Source: an uncultured Planctomycetota bacterium
GTDB taxonomy: Bacteria; Planctomycetota; Phycisphaerae; Tepidisphaerales; Tepidisphaeraceae
Assembly: GCA_963841915.1 (NCBI GenBank)
Contig: CAWJEN010000006.1
Coordinates: forward strand, 1 to 64,000
Length of the DNA: 64,000 bases
Direction: 5' to 3'
Below, piece after piece: positions 9,913 through 24,711 of this stretch (position 1 is its first letter; every line of letters begins with the position of its first letter). The notes beneath the pieces are model-generated. The model did no database searches. It was given only the letters and a program-made list of their open reading frames with translations, and was not told the origin of the DNA. Both the position numbers and the translations under genes were made by a program.

Positions 9913-10611
9913 ATGCCAGACGACGATTCACGAGACGCCCAGAAACGCCGTGCCGCCGACGCAGCGCTGGAGGTTGTGACGAGCTACAGCGTCGTCGGTC
10001 TCGGCAGCGGCTCGACGGCGGCCTTCTTCATCGAAGCCCTCGGCACCAAGCTCCGCAACGGCAGTCTTGTCAATGTCCGCGGCGTCCCGACGAGTCGCGC
10101 CAGCGGCGCTCTTGCCCGCGAACACGGCGTGCCACTCGTCACGCCTGAGGATGTCGACGGCTGCGACGTCGTGGTCGACGGTGCCGACGAAGTCGACCCG
10201 TCGCTCAATCTGGTCAAAGGCCTCGGCGGGGCGTTGCTGCGGGAAAAAGTCGTGGCCGTTGCGTCGAAGCGTCGCGTGATCGTCGTCGACGCCGCCAAGC
10301 GCGTCGAACGGCTTGGCACGAAGTCACCGTTGCCCGTCGAAGTTGTCGCCTGGTCGCACACTTGGGCTGCCCGGGCAATCGAAGCCGTCGGCGGCCGCCC
10401 CACCATCCGAGGCGGCCGGGATCCGTACATCACCGACAACGGCAACCTCATCTACGACGTCACCTTCGACGGCGGCATCGAAGACACTCACGCACTGCAA
10501 GTCGCCCTCCTCGCCATCCCTGGCGTCGTGGAAACTGGCCTGTTCCTCGGCATCGCAGACACCGTAATCGTCGCAACCGATGAAGGCGTCGAAACGCTTA
10601 CGCGTCAGTAG
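9913..10611 (+). CDS. rpiA: Ribose-5-phosphate isomerase A
   Basis: GLGSGST, DGADEVD, KGLGGALLREK, TDNGN, PGVVETGLF. Confidence 0.95.
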   Translation: MPDDDSRDAQKRRAADAALEVVTSYSVVGLGSGSTAAFFIEALGTKLRNGSLVNVRGVPTSRASGALAREHGVPLVTPEDVDGCDVVVDGADEVDPSLNLVKGLGGALLREKVVAVASKRRVIVVDAAKRVERLGTKSPLPVEVVAWSHTWAARAIEAVGGRPTIRGGRDPYITDNGNLIYDVTFDGGIEDTHALQVALLAIPGVVETGLFLGIADTVIVATDEGVETLTRQ

Positions 10612-10658
10612 TCTCTCCGTCTCTCGACGCAATCTGCTTCAGGTGGCTGCAGTAACAA

Positions 10659-12440
10659 CTACAAGAGCGCTCGCAGCATCGACGCCATATCCCGCGCCGC
10701 CGCGCCGATGGCAGCAACATTGGCAAGATCGCGTCGGGCCGAATGACGCCGGACCTCCACCTCGTCCATGCCGGCGATCTTGATCCGCAGGTCGGCCAGA
10801 ACACGGTCGCGTTCCGTTTGCTGCGTCATTGATGCACACAGGCCGTACGTCCGGTCGAGATCACGCTCAGTCGCGAATGGCTTACGCAGCCGGTCGATCT
10901 CGGCGACAGCCGTATTGACCGTCGACGCTTCGCCGGGTCGTTCAGCAATCGACTGCAACAATGGCACAGTCGCGTCCACAATTGCCACAATTTGTTCCGC
11001 CTCTGAGATCCGCTTCTTCAAGCAGGTGGCGGCGGCGTCCCACCGATCCTGCTCCGCATCGGACGCAAAGGCTGGCAGGTTGCCCCCTGGTCGTGCTTCT
11101 GCCAGCGCATCGGCAAGCCGCATCGCCTCGCTGTTCGCCTTGGCCACGCCACCCTCAGTGGCGTCGATCACCCGCATCGGCGAGGCGGCGAACATCGTTT
11201 CGAACTGACTCAGGTACGTCGCCAGTCGACGCTCGGTGTACGTCGTGTTGCCCCGCCAATCCTCGACGCGTAGAAGCGAGGCGCGGTCGCGGGCGATGTG
11301 CTCCCACTGCTTCATCTCGTAAGTGCAGAATCGACCGGTTTCCGGTCGCCAGGCGTCGTCGTAGCCGGTGCCCGGCGTGTAGGCGAGGCCGTCGCTGAAA
11401 CCCAGATCCTGGCCGACGAGAATGCACGTTGAGCAGCCGAGGTATCCGATGAGTTCGAACGCAAGGTGCGCAACCGTGGCCGAGGCGGGCAGTCGGGCGT
11501 GATCGAGCGACATCTCGCGGAGCAGGCCATCGGCAAAGTCGTTACCGAGAAGCGTGACCTTGCGGCTGGTATCCCGCGCCCACACGTCGAGTACGGCCGG
11601 CGACGCCTTAGGCTCTGCCACCATTCGCGTGGTCAGGTTGTCAGGCAAGCCTTCCATGAACCGCGTGCTGATTTCGCTGTGATCAATGCTGCAGATGAAG
11701 TCGGGCTCGACGCCTGCCGCCAGCAAAGGCTTGAGTGCCGTCTGCACGGCGACGATGACGAACTGACCCTTTGCAGCCTTGAGTTGCTCGACGTTGCGAC
11801 GCAGTGAAGGGCCGGCAGAGACAAGCACGGCGGGTCGGCCAGCACAAGCGCCCTTAAGCGATCCGACGCCATCACCGGCGACGTAGCGACGCAGGTTACC
11901 GATGAGGTTGTCGCACGTCCGGCGGCCGTATTCGACGGCCGTCACGATGTTCGTCTTGGCCCGCTCGGCCAACCGCTCGACGGCGGCGGCGAAGGTGGGG
12001 TCGACGTCGTCCAGTTGCGTCAGGCCGGCCGACAGCATGAGCGGGAACGGCGCAAGGCGGGCATCGATGTCGCTGCCGTCCGGCTTGCCGACGAACAAAC
12101 GGACTCGTGGTGAAGCCAGCACGTCGGCCACATCGGATGCAGCCAGAGATGTAGCCAGGGTTCGCTCATCAGGTGCGTGGTAGATGATGACGGCCGCCCC
12201 ATCACCGCCGCCGGTGGCGTGCCATGCGTGACTGGCAAGAGCCAGCGTGCCGGTTAAGACAGCAAGCGAATCGCGATCGACCAATGGCAAATCGACCGCG
12301 TCGGACTTAGCCGGCGCGAAGTTGTCGCACATAACTTCGACGCGAGCGGCAAGCTGCGGATTGCTCCGCCAAAGGGCGGGCAGATTGGCGAGAGCCGGCG
12401 CGTCTTCGGACAGGTCGAAACTGGCGTCGTCGTTGCGCAT
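10659..12440 (-). CDS. DUF115 / motility-associated factor (Maf) / MptE-like protein
   Basis: AVLVSAGPSL, GVEPDF, TVAHLAF, ILVGQDLGF, IDATEGG; start placed at MRNDD because the longer ORF overlaps the divergent gene. Confidence 0.8.
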   Translation of the reverse strand: MRNDDASFDLSEDAPALANLPALWRSNPQLAARVEVMCDNFAPAKSDAVDLPLVDRDSLAVLTGTLALASHAWHATGGGDGAAVIIYHAPDERTLATSLAASDVADVLASPRVRLFVGKPDGSDIDARLAPFPLMLSAGLTQLDDVDPTFAAAVERLAERAKTNIVTAVEYGRRTCDNLIGNLRRYVAGDGVGSLKGACAGRPAVLVSAGPSLRRNVEQLKAAKGQFVIVAVQTALKPLLAAGVEPDFICSIDHSEISTRFMEGLPDNLTTRMVAEPKASPAVLDVWARDTSRKVTLLGNDFADGLLREMSLDHARLPASATVAHLAFELIGYLGCSTCILVGQDLGFSDGLAYTPGTGYDDAWRPETGRFCTYEMKQWEHIARDRASLLRVEDWRGNTTYTERRLATYLSQFETMFAASPMRVIDATEGGVAKANSEAMRLADALAEARPGGNLPAFASDAEQDRWDAAATCLKKRISEAEQIVAIVDATVPLLQSIAERPGEASTVNTAVAEIDRLRKPFATERDLDRTYGLCASMTQQTERDRVLADLRIKIAGMDEVEVRRHSARRDLANVAAIGAAARDMASMLRALL

Positions 12441-12512
12441 GCGGTGGGGTGGGAATGCGGCAGATCGTCCGCCGCACCCTTGGAGTATCGGACGCCCCGT
12501 AGGTTCATCGCC

Positions 12513-13085
12513 ATGGACGCACTCAACGACTGGCTCTTCGCCCCTCCGATCTGGGCCCCGTTTGCCTTGGCAGCCAGTGCGGTGGCGGCGTTGCTGGTGG
12601 GGCTGACGCGTGGCAACAAGACGGCCCGCAACGGAGGAATGGTGCTCGTCGTCGCCGCGGCCGGCTGGATGGCGGCGTCGGCTCTCGTCGACACGTGGCC
12701 CGAGGCGGCAGAGAAGCAAGCACGCGAGCTCGTCGACGCGTATGACAAGGCTGATTGGCCTGCAATGCGACAGCTCGTTGATCGCGACACGCGACTGGAG
12801 AATCTTGCCGGCGACACGCTCGTGCTGGCGGCGCAACTGACGCATGAGAATCTCGGCCATAAAGAACTCGACATGAAGCAGGTCACGGCCGAGAAAGACT
12901 TGGCGGGCGTTCGCGTGCAATTCAACGTGACGTCGTTCCAGAACGCCGAGACCAGTCGGGTGACGACGGCGTGGCAGTTCGACTACGTCGTTCGAGATGG
13001 CAAGCTGATGCTAAAGACGATTGAGCCGTTGACGTCGCTGCTGGTCGATGCCGACACAATTCGTGGTCGCATTGTGCGGCCTTGA
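12513..13085 (+). CDS. Hypothetical membrane protein
   Basis: Two N-terminal TM segments followed by a soluble domain, possibly NTF2-like. Confidence 0.65.
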   Translation: MDALNDWLFAPPIWAPFALAASAVAALLVGLTRGNKTARNGGMVLVVAAAGWMAASALVDTWPEAAEKQARELVDAYDKADWPAMRQLVDRDTRLENLAGDTLVLAAQLTHENLGHKELDMKQVTAEKDLAGVRVQFNVTSFQNAETSRVTTAWQFDYVVRDGKLMLKTIEPLTSLLVDADTIRGRIVRP

Positions 13086-13171
13086 TCTGGGTGACGAATT
13101 CGTCAATCGCCAAGCTGCTGCACGACGGCTATTGCTTCTTCGTCACCAGCTTCCGCCGCGTTTTGGCGAGG

Positions 13172-16434
<3,263 letters not shown>

Positions 16435-16438
<4 letters not shown>

Positions 16439-17802
16439 GGCGTCGGCTGCGTGGTCGTTTCCCCTGCAATCTGCACGGGCATGCCCTCGGTGGCTATCTC
16501 GAGCCGCGTCGTGGCGACTCGATCCCCCGCCGCCACGCCGCGGACGAGAACGGTATCGCCGGTCTGCCTGACGACTTCGACCTGCACGATCTCGAGTCTA
16601 CCGTCGCCGATGACGTGGACGGTGTAGCCGCCGGTTGCTTCGTCGCGACGCAACACTTCACGAGGCAGCTCAGCCACGCCTGCGGCCGTCTCGCCGTCAA
16701 TCGTCACCTGGACAAAGCGGCCCGGCGCAAATGTGTCGGCCACTTGATCGGCATCGAGCGTGACGACGACTTCCACGAGCTGCGTCGCCCGGTCGATTTC
16801 GCCGCCCGTGCGGCTGACCGTGCCAGTCGCCGTCGTGTCACCGACGGCAACCGTGGCCGTCGATCCCGGAATGCGGACGAACGACAAGTCGCCATCTTCC
16901 AAAGGAACAGGCACTTCGAGCGATGCCGCGTCGTAAACCGTCGCGACCGGCTGGCCGGGCGTAACGGACTGACCGACGTCGACCGACTCGCTTGCGACGC
17001 GATAATTGCCGGCGGCATCTGGGAGCTTGATCTCGGTCCGCTCAAGCGAGACTTCGCTCTGCCGAAGTGCCGCCTTCGCCTGTCTGACGGCCGCTTTGCG
17101 TTCGGCGTCTTCGGCTTCGACCTCCTGGAGCTGCGCCTGGGCCGACTCCAGCGCCGCCTCGTCACGACGCAACTGTGGTGCCTTGCTCACGAGCGGCGGC
17201 ACCTCGCGGCCGGGGTTGAGTCGCTCGTACTCGCCACGCGATACTGCCGCCTCGGCACGCATCGTCTCCAGCGACGACTGACTTCTGGCCACCTCAGCGG
17301 CCGCCGCACGACGCTGGGCGTCGACCCGCGTCAATGCCGCCTCTGCCCGTTGCAGATCGGCTTGGCGTTGCTCGACGGCCAATTTATAATCGGTCGGGTC
17401 GATTGTCACGAGCGTCGCCCCGGCCTCAATCGTTCCGCCCGGCCGCAGGTTCGGGTGGATGGCAATGACGCGTCCGCCGACCTGCGGCACGACGCTGATC
17501 TGCGTCGACGCGCGAAGTCGCCCAAATCCCTCGACGACCGCGCCGGCGTCCTTGATGACTACGTCGCTGACCTGAACAACGGGGGCCGAGCGTGGTGGCT
17601 GAAGTTGCGACGGGGCTGTCTTCTGGCTGACGAGTAGCAGCGTGAGCCCGATGCCAGCGGCGACGATGACGACGGCAATGACGAGTTGCAGCACGATCGC
17701 CGCCGCCTTGAGTTGCGGCGGCTCGTCATCGGCCGGCATCTCGCGAACGAGCGAAGCGTCGGGAACCGGATCCGGCGGAAGTTGGCTCGATTGCTCGCTC
17801 AT
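16435..17802 (-). CDS. RND efflux membrane fusion protein
   Basis: N-terminal TM, VPQVGGRV...IDPTDY, long coiled coil; overlaps the RND gene. Confidence 0.92.
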
Positions 17803-19307
17803 CAGTCTTGTCCGTCGCTTTCGTTTACTGCCGGAATGGGCGGAGTCGGCCCTTCGGTCCAGTCACCGCCCAAAGCCAGGTGCAGGTTGACGCGTGCGTT
17901 CCAGACCGCCTGTCGCGTCAGCGCGAGCCGTTCCTCAGCCGCACGCCGACGCCGTTCGGCCTCGAAGACGCTCAACAGATCACCAACGCCTTGCCCGAAC
18001 CGATCACGTGCAAGCGTCTCGGCGGCGGTTGCTTCTTCCAAGGCACGTTCGACGGCGGCAGCTTCCTCCCGTGCGTACTGCTCACGGACGAGAGCTTCGT
18101 TGGCTTCGCGCATCGCCTCGAGCACGTCATTGGCATAGGTCGCCGCCGCCGCCTCGACAGTTGCTTCGCTTTGCCGAACTCGCGCCCGCAGACTGCCGCC
18201 CTGGAAGATCGGCTGTGCGAGCGACCCGATGATGCTGTAGACAAATGTGCCGGAATCAAAAAGATCTCCGGCATCACCCGCCGACGTGCCGGCACTGCCA
18301 TTGAGCGTGAGGTTCGGGAACAACGCAGCGATGGACGCACCAACCCGCGCTTGGTCCGCCCGGTACCGGAACTCGCTCGCCAGCAGGTCCGGCCGACGGT
18401 CGAGCAGCGTGGCCGGCAGCCCGATCGGGGGCAGCGCCAGAGGCGGCAGGTCGGGCAAGTCCGTCAAAATCTCCATCGCCTGCGTCGGCGGGCGACCGGT
18501 TAAGACCGCCAACGCGTACTGCGTTGAGGCCAACTCCGCCCTGAGCGACGGCAGCGCCGCCTCGGCCGTCGCCACGTTTTCGCGCGCAAGTCGCAGTTGC
18601 ACCGGGTCGCCAACGCCCGCCTCGTATCGGCCGTCGACGGTTGTAAGCGTCTCCTGCAGCGAATGCAGGTTGGCCTCTGCCAGGTTCAGTCGATCATCGA
18701 GCGTGGCCAGTGCAACGCGTGTGCGGATAGTCTGGGCGACGAGCGTGTGGGCCAGCGCCAGGGCGTCATAGCCGGTGGCAACCTTGTCGAGGTCTGCAGC
18801 CTGATTCAGCCTGGCGAGGCGTCCGAAGAGGTCGACCTGCCAGCTTACGTCGATCGACAGGTCGTAGAGCTCGATGAAATCGTCACCACCTGAGCCGAGC
18901 AGCGGCGTGCCACCACCGCCGCCGCCGATGCCGGGGACGAACGCTCCTGCGTCGCCGCGATCCTGCCCACTTGCCGAGGCATTGAGACCGATCGACGGGA
19001 ACCGGTCACCGCGTGAAGCGTTAGCGGCGAAGCGGCTTTGCCGAAGGCGTGCCAGTGCGGCTTTGATCTGGAAGTTGTCGCCGACCGTGTCCTCGACGAG
19101 CTGGTTGATCGCCGGATCGCCGAACCGCTTCCACCAAAGGGGCGAGGGTTCAGACTGATCCGCCGACATGCTGTTACCGGTCGACGCGGCGAAGGGTTGT
19201 GTCACATCGAACGGCAACGTCGGCCGATCAGGCTCTGGCCCGAACTTGCAACCGCTGCCGACGACGCAAGCAACGACGGCTAAAGGAACTCGCAGCAAGC
19301 GGGGCAC
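17802..19307 (-). CDS. Efflux outer membrane factor lipoprotein (NodT/TolC family)
   Basis: Lipobox VGSGC, WWKRFGDP, SWQVDLFG, LLDRRPDL, QPIFQGG, LHLALGGDW. Confidence 0.93.
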   Translation of the reverse strand: MPRLLRVPLAVVACVVGSGCKFGPEPDRPTLPFDVTQPFAASTGNSMSADQSEPSPLWWKRFGDPAINQLVEDTVGDNFQIKAALARLRQSRFAANASRGDRFPSIGLNASASGQDRGDAGAFVPGIGGGGGGTPLLGSGGDDFIELYDLSIDVSWQVDLFGRLARLNQAADLDKVATGYDALALAHTLVAQTIRTRVALATLDDRLNLAEANLHSLQETLTTVDGRYEAGVGDPVQLRLARENVATAEAALPSLRAELASTQYALAVLTGRPPTQAMEILTDLPDLPPLALPPIGLPATLLDRRPDLLASEFRYRADQARVGASIAALFPNLTLNGSAGTSAGDAGDLFDSGTFVYSIIGSLAQPIFQGGSLRARVRQSEATVEAAAATYANDVLEAMREANEALVREQYAREEAAAVERALEEATAAETLARDRFGQGVGDLLSVFEAERRRRAAEERLALTRQAVWNARVNLHLALGGDWTEGPTPPIPAVNESDGQD

Positions 19308-19392
19308 GATGCAAAGAGGTTAGGAAGCTGACATCGTTTCGTGGCCCGCTCCTGACTGAGGGTGCGACCGTTCGTACCCACGCCGTTAACGG

Positions 19393-20133
19393 GTGACGCG
19401 TACCGTCGCAACGATGCCAATGCCGACGCTTGTGCTTCTTCCCGGGCTGGGCGCTGACGCTGCCATCTACCGTCCGCAGATCGAGCGGTTCGGCGACCGC
19501 ATCATCGTGCCCCCTTGGATCGATCCCAAGCCGAATGAATCAATCGATAGCTATGCCCGAAGGCTTGGTCGGCGGATCGAGGTGCCGACGCCGTTCTACA
19601 TCGGCGGCATCAGTTTCGGTGGCATGATGGCGGCCGAGATTGCGCAAAGCCGTCACGACGACGTGGCCGGCCTGCTCATGTTCGGCTCGTGCACGCACCG
19701 CAGCCAGGTCACCGCCGCATTTCGATTTGCCGCGATACTCGGTCCACACCTGCCTCGCGGAATGGTCAAAGGACTGCTGAATCGCCTGGTGCCGCGCCTG
19801 TTCGGAGCGGTCGAGGGGCTGAGCGAGGAGCACGTACAACTACTCGAGGAGGTGGCGTATCGGACGGATGTCGACCTGCTCGCCTGGGGCGCGACGGCCA
19901 TCCGTTCGTGGACCGACGGGGCGCAGCCGACGTGCCCGACGTACTTCGCCCACGGTGCGGACGATGTCGTGATTCCACCAGGGCTCAAGCAGATGCGGCC
20001 TGGCGTCGACCTGCTCGTTCCTGGTGGCAAGCATCTGATTCACCTGAGCCATGCCGACATCGTCAACCGATGGGTTGCGTCGAAGATCGACGGTCCGAGC
20101 CTTCCGGCATCTCTCATCGGCAAGGCCGCCTAA
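19393..20133 (+). CDS. Alpha/beta hydrolase
   Basis: LPGLGAD, nucleophile elbow GISFGG, HGADDVVIP, GGKH; start may be 19414/19420. Confidence 0.85.
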   Translation: MTRTVATMPMPTLVLLPGLGADAAIYRPQIERFGDRIIVPPWIDPKPNESIDSYARRLGRRIEVPTPFYIGGISFGGMMAAEIAQSRHDDVAGLLMFGSCTHRSQVTAAFRFAAILGPHLPRGMVKGLLNRLVPRLFGAVEGLSEEHVQLLEEVAYRTDVDLLAWGATAIRSWTDGAQPTCPTYFAHGADDVVIPPGLKQMRPGVDLLVPGGKHLIHLSHADIVNRWVASKIDGPSLPASLIGKAA

Positions 20134-20164
20134 GTAGCTTTGCCAGGGTGCGTAACGTGCCCGC

Positions 20165-20665
20165 ATGGCAGACAAGTTCAGCTTCGATGTGGTCAGCGAG
20201 ATCGATTGGCAAGAGGTCAGCAACGCCATCGATCAGGCACAGCGTGAGATTACGACCCGCTACGACTTCAAAGGCACTGGGGCCGGCATCGACTACACCA
20301 AGCGGGAAGAACCGCTGACGCTGACAGCCGACAATGAAGGCCAGCTGGAGGCGGTCCGCCGCGTACTCATCGAGAAGCTCATCAAGCGGAACGTCGAGCC
20401 CAAGGTGATGGATCCGCAAGAGCCCGAAAAGGCCTCGGGCGGCACGCTGCGCCAAGAAGTCCAGTGGAAGAACGGCATCGACCGCGACACTGCCAAGAAG
20501 ATCACCAAGCAGATCAAGAACCTCAAGCTCAAAGTCCAGGCGAGCGTTCAAGGCGAAGTGGTCCGCGTCACCGGCAATAAGAAGGACGAGCTGCAGGCCG
20601 TCATGGCCGACCTGAGAGCGAACGGCCCGGACGACGTGCCGTTGCAGTTCAACAACTACCGGTAG
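20165..20665 (+). CDS. yajQ: YajQ family cyclic-di-GMP/nucleotide-binding protein
   Basis: [30 protein letters not shown]. Confidence 0.95.
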   Translation: MADKFSFDVVSEIDWQEVSNAIDQAQREITTRYDFKGTGAGIDYTKREEPLTLTADNEGQLEAVRRVLIEKLIKRNVEPKVMDPQEPEKASGGTLRQEVQWKNGIDRDTAKKITKQIKNLKLKVQASVQGEVVRVTGNKKDELQAVMADLRANGPDDVPLQFNNYR

Positions 20666-20729
20666 TCAAAGGGAGATACTTCATACTCTTGAAAATTCGC
20701 TTCGGTGCGCCCGTTGCTATCGGCAAGCG

Positions 20730-22388
20730 GTGCCGCCAAAGGATCTAGACCAACGCCTGCTAAAGATCGCCCGTGACCGCTTCGGATACGATCAGCTCTA
20801 TCCGGAGCAGGTCGAGGTTCTCAGGCTATTGATGGAGGGCCACGACACGCTGGCCGTCCTGCCGACCGGCAGCGGCAAATCGGCCATTTATCAGACCGCG
20901 GGTGTGCTCATGCCGGGCAACACGATCGTCGTTTCGCCGCTCATCGCGCTGCAGAAAGACCAGGTCGACTCGATCGTCGGTCGCAACCTGCCCGACGCTG
21001 CGGTCCTTAACAGCCATACAACAGCTGCTCGGCGTCGCGAGATCCTCGCCGGCCTCGACGACGGCACGATCGAGTACCTTTTCCTCGCCCCCGAACAGCT
21101 TGCAGGCGGAGAAACGCTCAGCCACCTGCAACGCGTCCCGCCTTCGCTTTTCGTTGTCGATGAAGCCCATTGCGTCAGCGAATGGGGGCACGACTTTCGG
21201 CCGGACTTCGGCCGCCTCGACAAGGTCATCGACTCGTTCTCGACCCGCCCACGCGTCCTGGCCCTCACCGCGACGGCAACGCTGCAAGTGCGTGAAGATG
21301 TCGTACGCCGACTCGGCATGCACAGCGTCCGCCAACACGTCGGTGACCTCGACCGCCCTGAAATCGACCTCGTCGTCGAGCACATGCCGGACGACGCGAC
21401 GAAGGATCGTCTCTTGCCCGATCGCGTCCATCAGCACGGCAACGCCAGCGGCATCGTCTACGTCAGCACACGCCAAAACGCCGAAGACGTCGCCGCCCTG
21501 CTCCGCGAGCACAACGTCGAGGCCGGGCACTATCACGGCGGTATGAATCGCGACGACCGAACGGCTGCCCAGGACGGCTTCATGAACGGCAGCGTTCCCG
21601 TCATCGTCGCCACCAACGCCTTCGGGATGGGCGTCGACAAGCCCGACGTCCGCTTCGTGATCCACTACGACGTCAGCGAGTCACTCGACAGTTACTACCA
21701 GGAAGTCGGCCGCGCCGCCCGTGACGGCCAGCCGGCGACGGCGACACTCTTCTACCGCGAGGCAGACCTGGGCCGCCGTCGGGCGATGAGCGCTCCGGTC
21801 CGACTCGAAGCCGTCGAAGTCGCAGACGTGCTCGAAACTATCATCGCTGACGGCAGCAGCATCGACAATGTGACGCTCAAGGACGAGACCGAACAGACCG
21901 GCGGCCGCCTGCGCCGTACGGTCGATCTGCTGGAACAAATCGGTGCAGTTCGCGTTCAACTCGACGGCGAGGCAATTGCCAACGTCAGCCCTGACGACGT
22001 TGCCGACGTGGCCGAACAGGTCATCGCCGAGCAAGACCGCTTTCGCGATTGGCGAACGGCCCGCATCGACGCGATGGGCCAGTTTGCCGAAACCCACCGC
22101 TGCCGCCGCAGCGTCGTGCTTGACTACTTCGGCCAGGAGTTCAAACCGCCGTGCGGCCACTGCGACAACTGCCTTGCCGGCCGAAGCGAAGAGGCCCGCA
22201 CGACCAAACTACAGGACGACGCAATGCACCCGTTCCCCGTCGGCGGCCACGTCAAGCACACGAAGCTCGGCTCAGGTCGCGTGGAGAAATACGTCGATGA
22301 CAAGGTCCACGTCCTCTTCACCGATCACGGGCTGAAGGAACTTGTCGTCAATTTCATCGTCGAGAACGAGCTGATGGTGCCTGCTTGA
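20730..22388 (+). CDS. RecQ family ATP-dependent DNA helicase
   Basis: [55 protein letters not shown], Zn site CRR...CGHCDNC. Confidence 0.93.
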   Translation: MPPKDLDQRLLKIARDRFGYDQLYPEQVEVLRLLMEGHDTLAVLPTGSGKSAIYQTAGVLMPGNTIVVSPLIALQKDQVDSIVGRNLPDAAVLNSHTTAARRREILAGLDDGTIEYLFLAPEQLAGGETLSHLQRVPPSLFVVDEAHCVSEWGHDFRPDFGRLDKVIDSFSTRPRVLALTATATLQVREDVVRRLGMHSVRQHVGDLDRPEIDLVVEHMPDDATKDRLLPDRVHQHGNASGIVYVSTRQNAEDVAALLREHNVEAGHYHGGMNRDDRTAAQDGFMNGSVPVIVATNAFGMGVDKPDVRFVIHYDVSESLDSYYQEVGRAARDGQPATATLFYREADLGRRRAMSAPVRLEAVEVADVLETIIADGSSIDNVTLKDETEQTGGRLRRTVDLLEQIGAVRVQLDGEAIANVSPDDVADVAEQVIAEQDRFRDWRTARIDAMGQFAETHRCRRSVVLDYFGQEFKPPCGHCDNCLAGRSEEARTTKLQDDAMHPFPVGGHVKHTKLGSGRVEKYVDDKVHVLFTDHGLKELVVNFIVENELMVPA

Positions 22389-22435
22389 GAACTTGCCCAC
22401 CGCAATATGCGAGGAATCTGCGACGTTGCACGGTC

Positions 22436-23749
22436 ATGAAGCATCGCATCGCCCTAGGTCTCATTCTCGCGTGCAATTCGTCTGCCTTGGCGGACGGCAT
22501 CGACTTCTCGCCCGTCACCGAGCCGATCGGCGACTTCCTCGACGGGCGGGCTGACATTTCCGGGGCAGGGCTCTTCATCGCAGGCTTCGACGGCACGATC
22601 CTTCACGAGCAGTACTGGGGCGACCACGACCGCCAGACGGCAAAGCCGATTGCGTCGGCGAGCAAGTGGCTGTCGGCGGCGGCGGCCATGAGCGTGGTCG
22701 ACGATGGCTTCGTCGGGCTCGACACGCCGCTCGAGCAGGTGCTGCCGGAGTTCGCCGGCAACGCCGACGGTCGCGGCGACGTGACGTTGCGGCAGATGTT
22801 CAGCCACACCAGCGGCATGGTCAGCACCTCTGCGACGATCAACAACCGCAACATCACCATGCAGCAGGCGGTCGCCACGCTGGCGCAAACGCCCAATCTG
22901 ATGGTCGCTACCCCAGGCGGCAGATACTCGTACGGCGGCGTGTCGATGCACGTCGGCGGGCGCATGATTGAGGTCGCCGCCGGAACCGATTGGGAGTCGC
23001 TGGTTAATGCCCGCATTGCAACGCCGCTCGGTGCGTCAGATCTGACTTGGGACGGTTTGGGCGAAACGACCAATCCACGACCCGCCGGCGGTGCGGCTAC
23101 GAGTCTCGACACCTACGCCAATTTCCTGATCCAGCTTGCCAATCACGGCGGCAATTTATTGTCGCCTGAAGCGGCGTGGGCGATGTTCACTGATCAGGTC
23201 GGCGACACGCCTCTGGGCTTTGTACCGGCCGACGCTCAACCGTTTCAGGGGTATGGGCTTGGCTCTTTCGTCCTGCGTCGTGACGCAGACGGAGTGCCGA
23301 TCGAGTTCGCCAGCCCCGGAGCTTTCGGCACGTTCCCTTGGATCGACTTCGAAAACGAGTATGTGGCCGTCTTCCATGTGGACAACCGTGGCGACAATCC
23401 TCGTGGGTTGATCAACGACCTGAGAGCCTTTGCACAGGACCGCATCGACCCCGAGCCTGACATCCGCGGCGACGCCAACCGCGACGGCGTGGTCAGCATC
23501 CTCGATTTCGCCGTCCTTCGCGGCAGCTTCGGCACGACGCCCGGCCGCTACATCGCAGGTGATCTGGACGGTAATGCGGTTGTGAACATCCTCGACTTCG
23601 CGATTCTTCGCGCCAACTTCGGTAACGCGACGGCGGCAGATATCGCGACGCTCGACGACTTTGCAGCGACCGTGCCGGAGCCCTCAACCGGCGCACTGCT
23701 GCTTCCCATCCTCAGCGGGCTGCGTCGTCGCCGTACTGTCGCGGCATGA
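22436..23749 (+). CDS. Serine hydrolase (beta-lactamase family) with dockerin-like repeat and PEP-CTERM
   Basis: Signal peptide, SASK (SxxK), SHTSG, YSY, GDANRDGVVSILDF duplicated, VPEP...RRRR. Confidence 0.88.
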   Translation: MKHRIALGLILACNSSALADGIDFSPVTEPIGDFLDGRADISGAGLFIAGFDGTILHEQYWGDHDRQTAKPIASASKWLSAAAAMSVVDDGFVGLDTPLEQVLPEFAGNADGRGDVTLRQMFSHTSGMVSTSATINNRNITMQQAVATLAQTPNLMVATPGGRYSYGGVSMHVGGRMIEVAAGTDWESLVNARIATPLGASDLTWDGLGETTNPRPAGGAATSLDTYANFLIQLANHGGNLLSPEAAWAMFTDQVGDTPLGFVPADAQPFQGYGLGSFVLRRDADGVPIEFASPGAFGTFPWIDFENEYVAVFHVDNRGDNPRGLINDLRAFAQDRIDPEPDIRGDANRDGVVSILDFAVLRGSFGTTPGRYIAGDLDGNAVVNILDFAILRANFGNATAADIATLDDFAATVPEPSTGALLLPILSGLRRRRTVAA

Positions 23750-24711
23750 GGACCACGGTCACAGACGGCGACTTCTCCTACGACTTTGTCGACGACTGGA
23801 TCAAGGTCGGCAGTGATGGCAGCCGGGCAGGTGGACCGACGCACGGCGTGCAGGTGCTGCCCGACGGCAACGTCATCGTCTTCCACCAGAACGCATCGGG
23901 CGACCCTGCCTTGCTCACCTTCGACGCCGACGGCCATCGCGTCGGTGGCGTCGGTGACTTCCCGGGTGCCCACGGCCTGACGCTCGTCGATCAGTCGCTT
24001 TGGGTGACGGACGAGAAGACGGCCAAGGTGCAACGGCTGACGCTCGGCGGCGACGTTTCGCTGTCGCTAAATCCGCCACCGAAGGAGATCATCGACGACC
24101 ATGCCGACGCCGACCGGCGTCGGTACATACCGACCTGGGCGGACCAAACGAGCGACGGGACGATCTGGGTCGCCGACGGGTATGGAACCCACCGCGTCTA
24201 CCGCTACGACGCCGACGCCCAGTACATCGGCTTCATCGACGGGACAGAAGGTGCTGGTCGCTTCCGCGAGCCGCACGGCTTGCGTGTCTCACCCGATGGT
24301 GAGCTCTGGATCACCGACCGCAGCAATCGCCGCGTCTGCGTCTACTCCGCGGACGGCAGGTATGTTCGCCACAGCGACACCGCCTGCCACAGCCCGGCCG
24401 CCTTCGCCTTCCACGACGGCCTTTGCTACGTCGCCGAGATTGCCGGCAGCGTCAAGATTCTCGACCGTGACCTGCACGTCCTGGCAGAACTCGGCATGAA
24501 CCCACACGTTACGCCCTTGCCACGCGACGCCGCGGCGGGCTGGGTGCCGGGTGCCGACAAGCGGCCGAGCGATTGGCCCGACGTGGCCGAGGCGAGCCTG
24601 CCCACCGGCCGCTTCCACACACCGCACGGGATCGATGTAGCGCCTAACGGTGACATTTACGTTGCCGAGTGGTACACGGGCGGGCGGGTCCTCAAGCTTG
24701 TACGACGCTAG
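23746..24711 (+). CDS. NHL-repeat beta-propeller protein (peptidylglycine lyase-like)
   Basis: Repeated PHG / WVADGYG / FREPHG / FHTPHGI...DIYVAEW motifs. Confidence 0.8.
   Translation: MRTTVTDGDFSYDFVDDWIKVGSDGSRAGGPTHGVQVLPDGNVIVFHQNASGDPALLTFDADGHRVGGVGDFPGAHGLTLVDQSLWVTDEKTAKVQRLTLGGDVSLSLNPPPKEIIDDHADADRRRYIPTWADQTSDGTIWVADGYGTHRVYRYDADAQYIGFIDGTEGAGRFREPHGLRVSPDGELWITDRSNRRVCVYSADGRYVRHSDTACHSPAAFAFHDGLCYVAEIAGSVKILDRDLHVLAELGMNPHVTPLPRDAAAGWVPGADKRPSDWPDVAEASLPTGRFHTPHGIDVAPNGDIYVAEWYTGGRVLKLVRR

Noticed and set aside
12441..12920. N-terminal extension of the DUF115 ORF
   Set aside because: Overlaps the divergent membrane-protein gene and shows no family-like sequence
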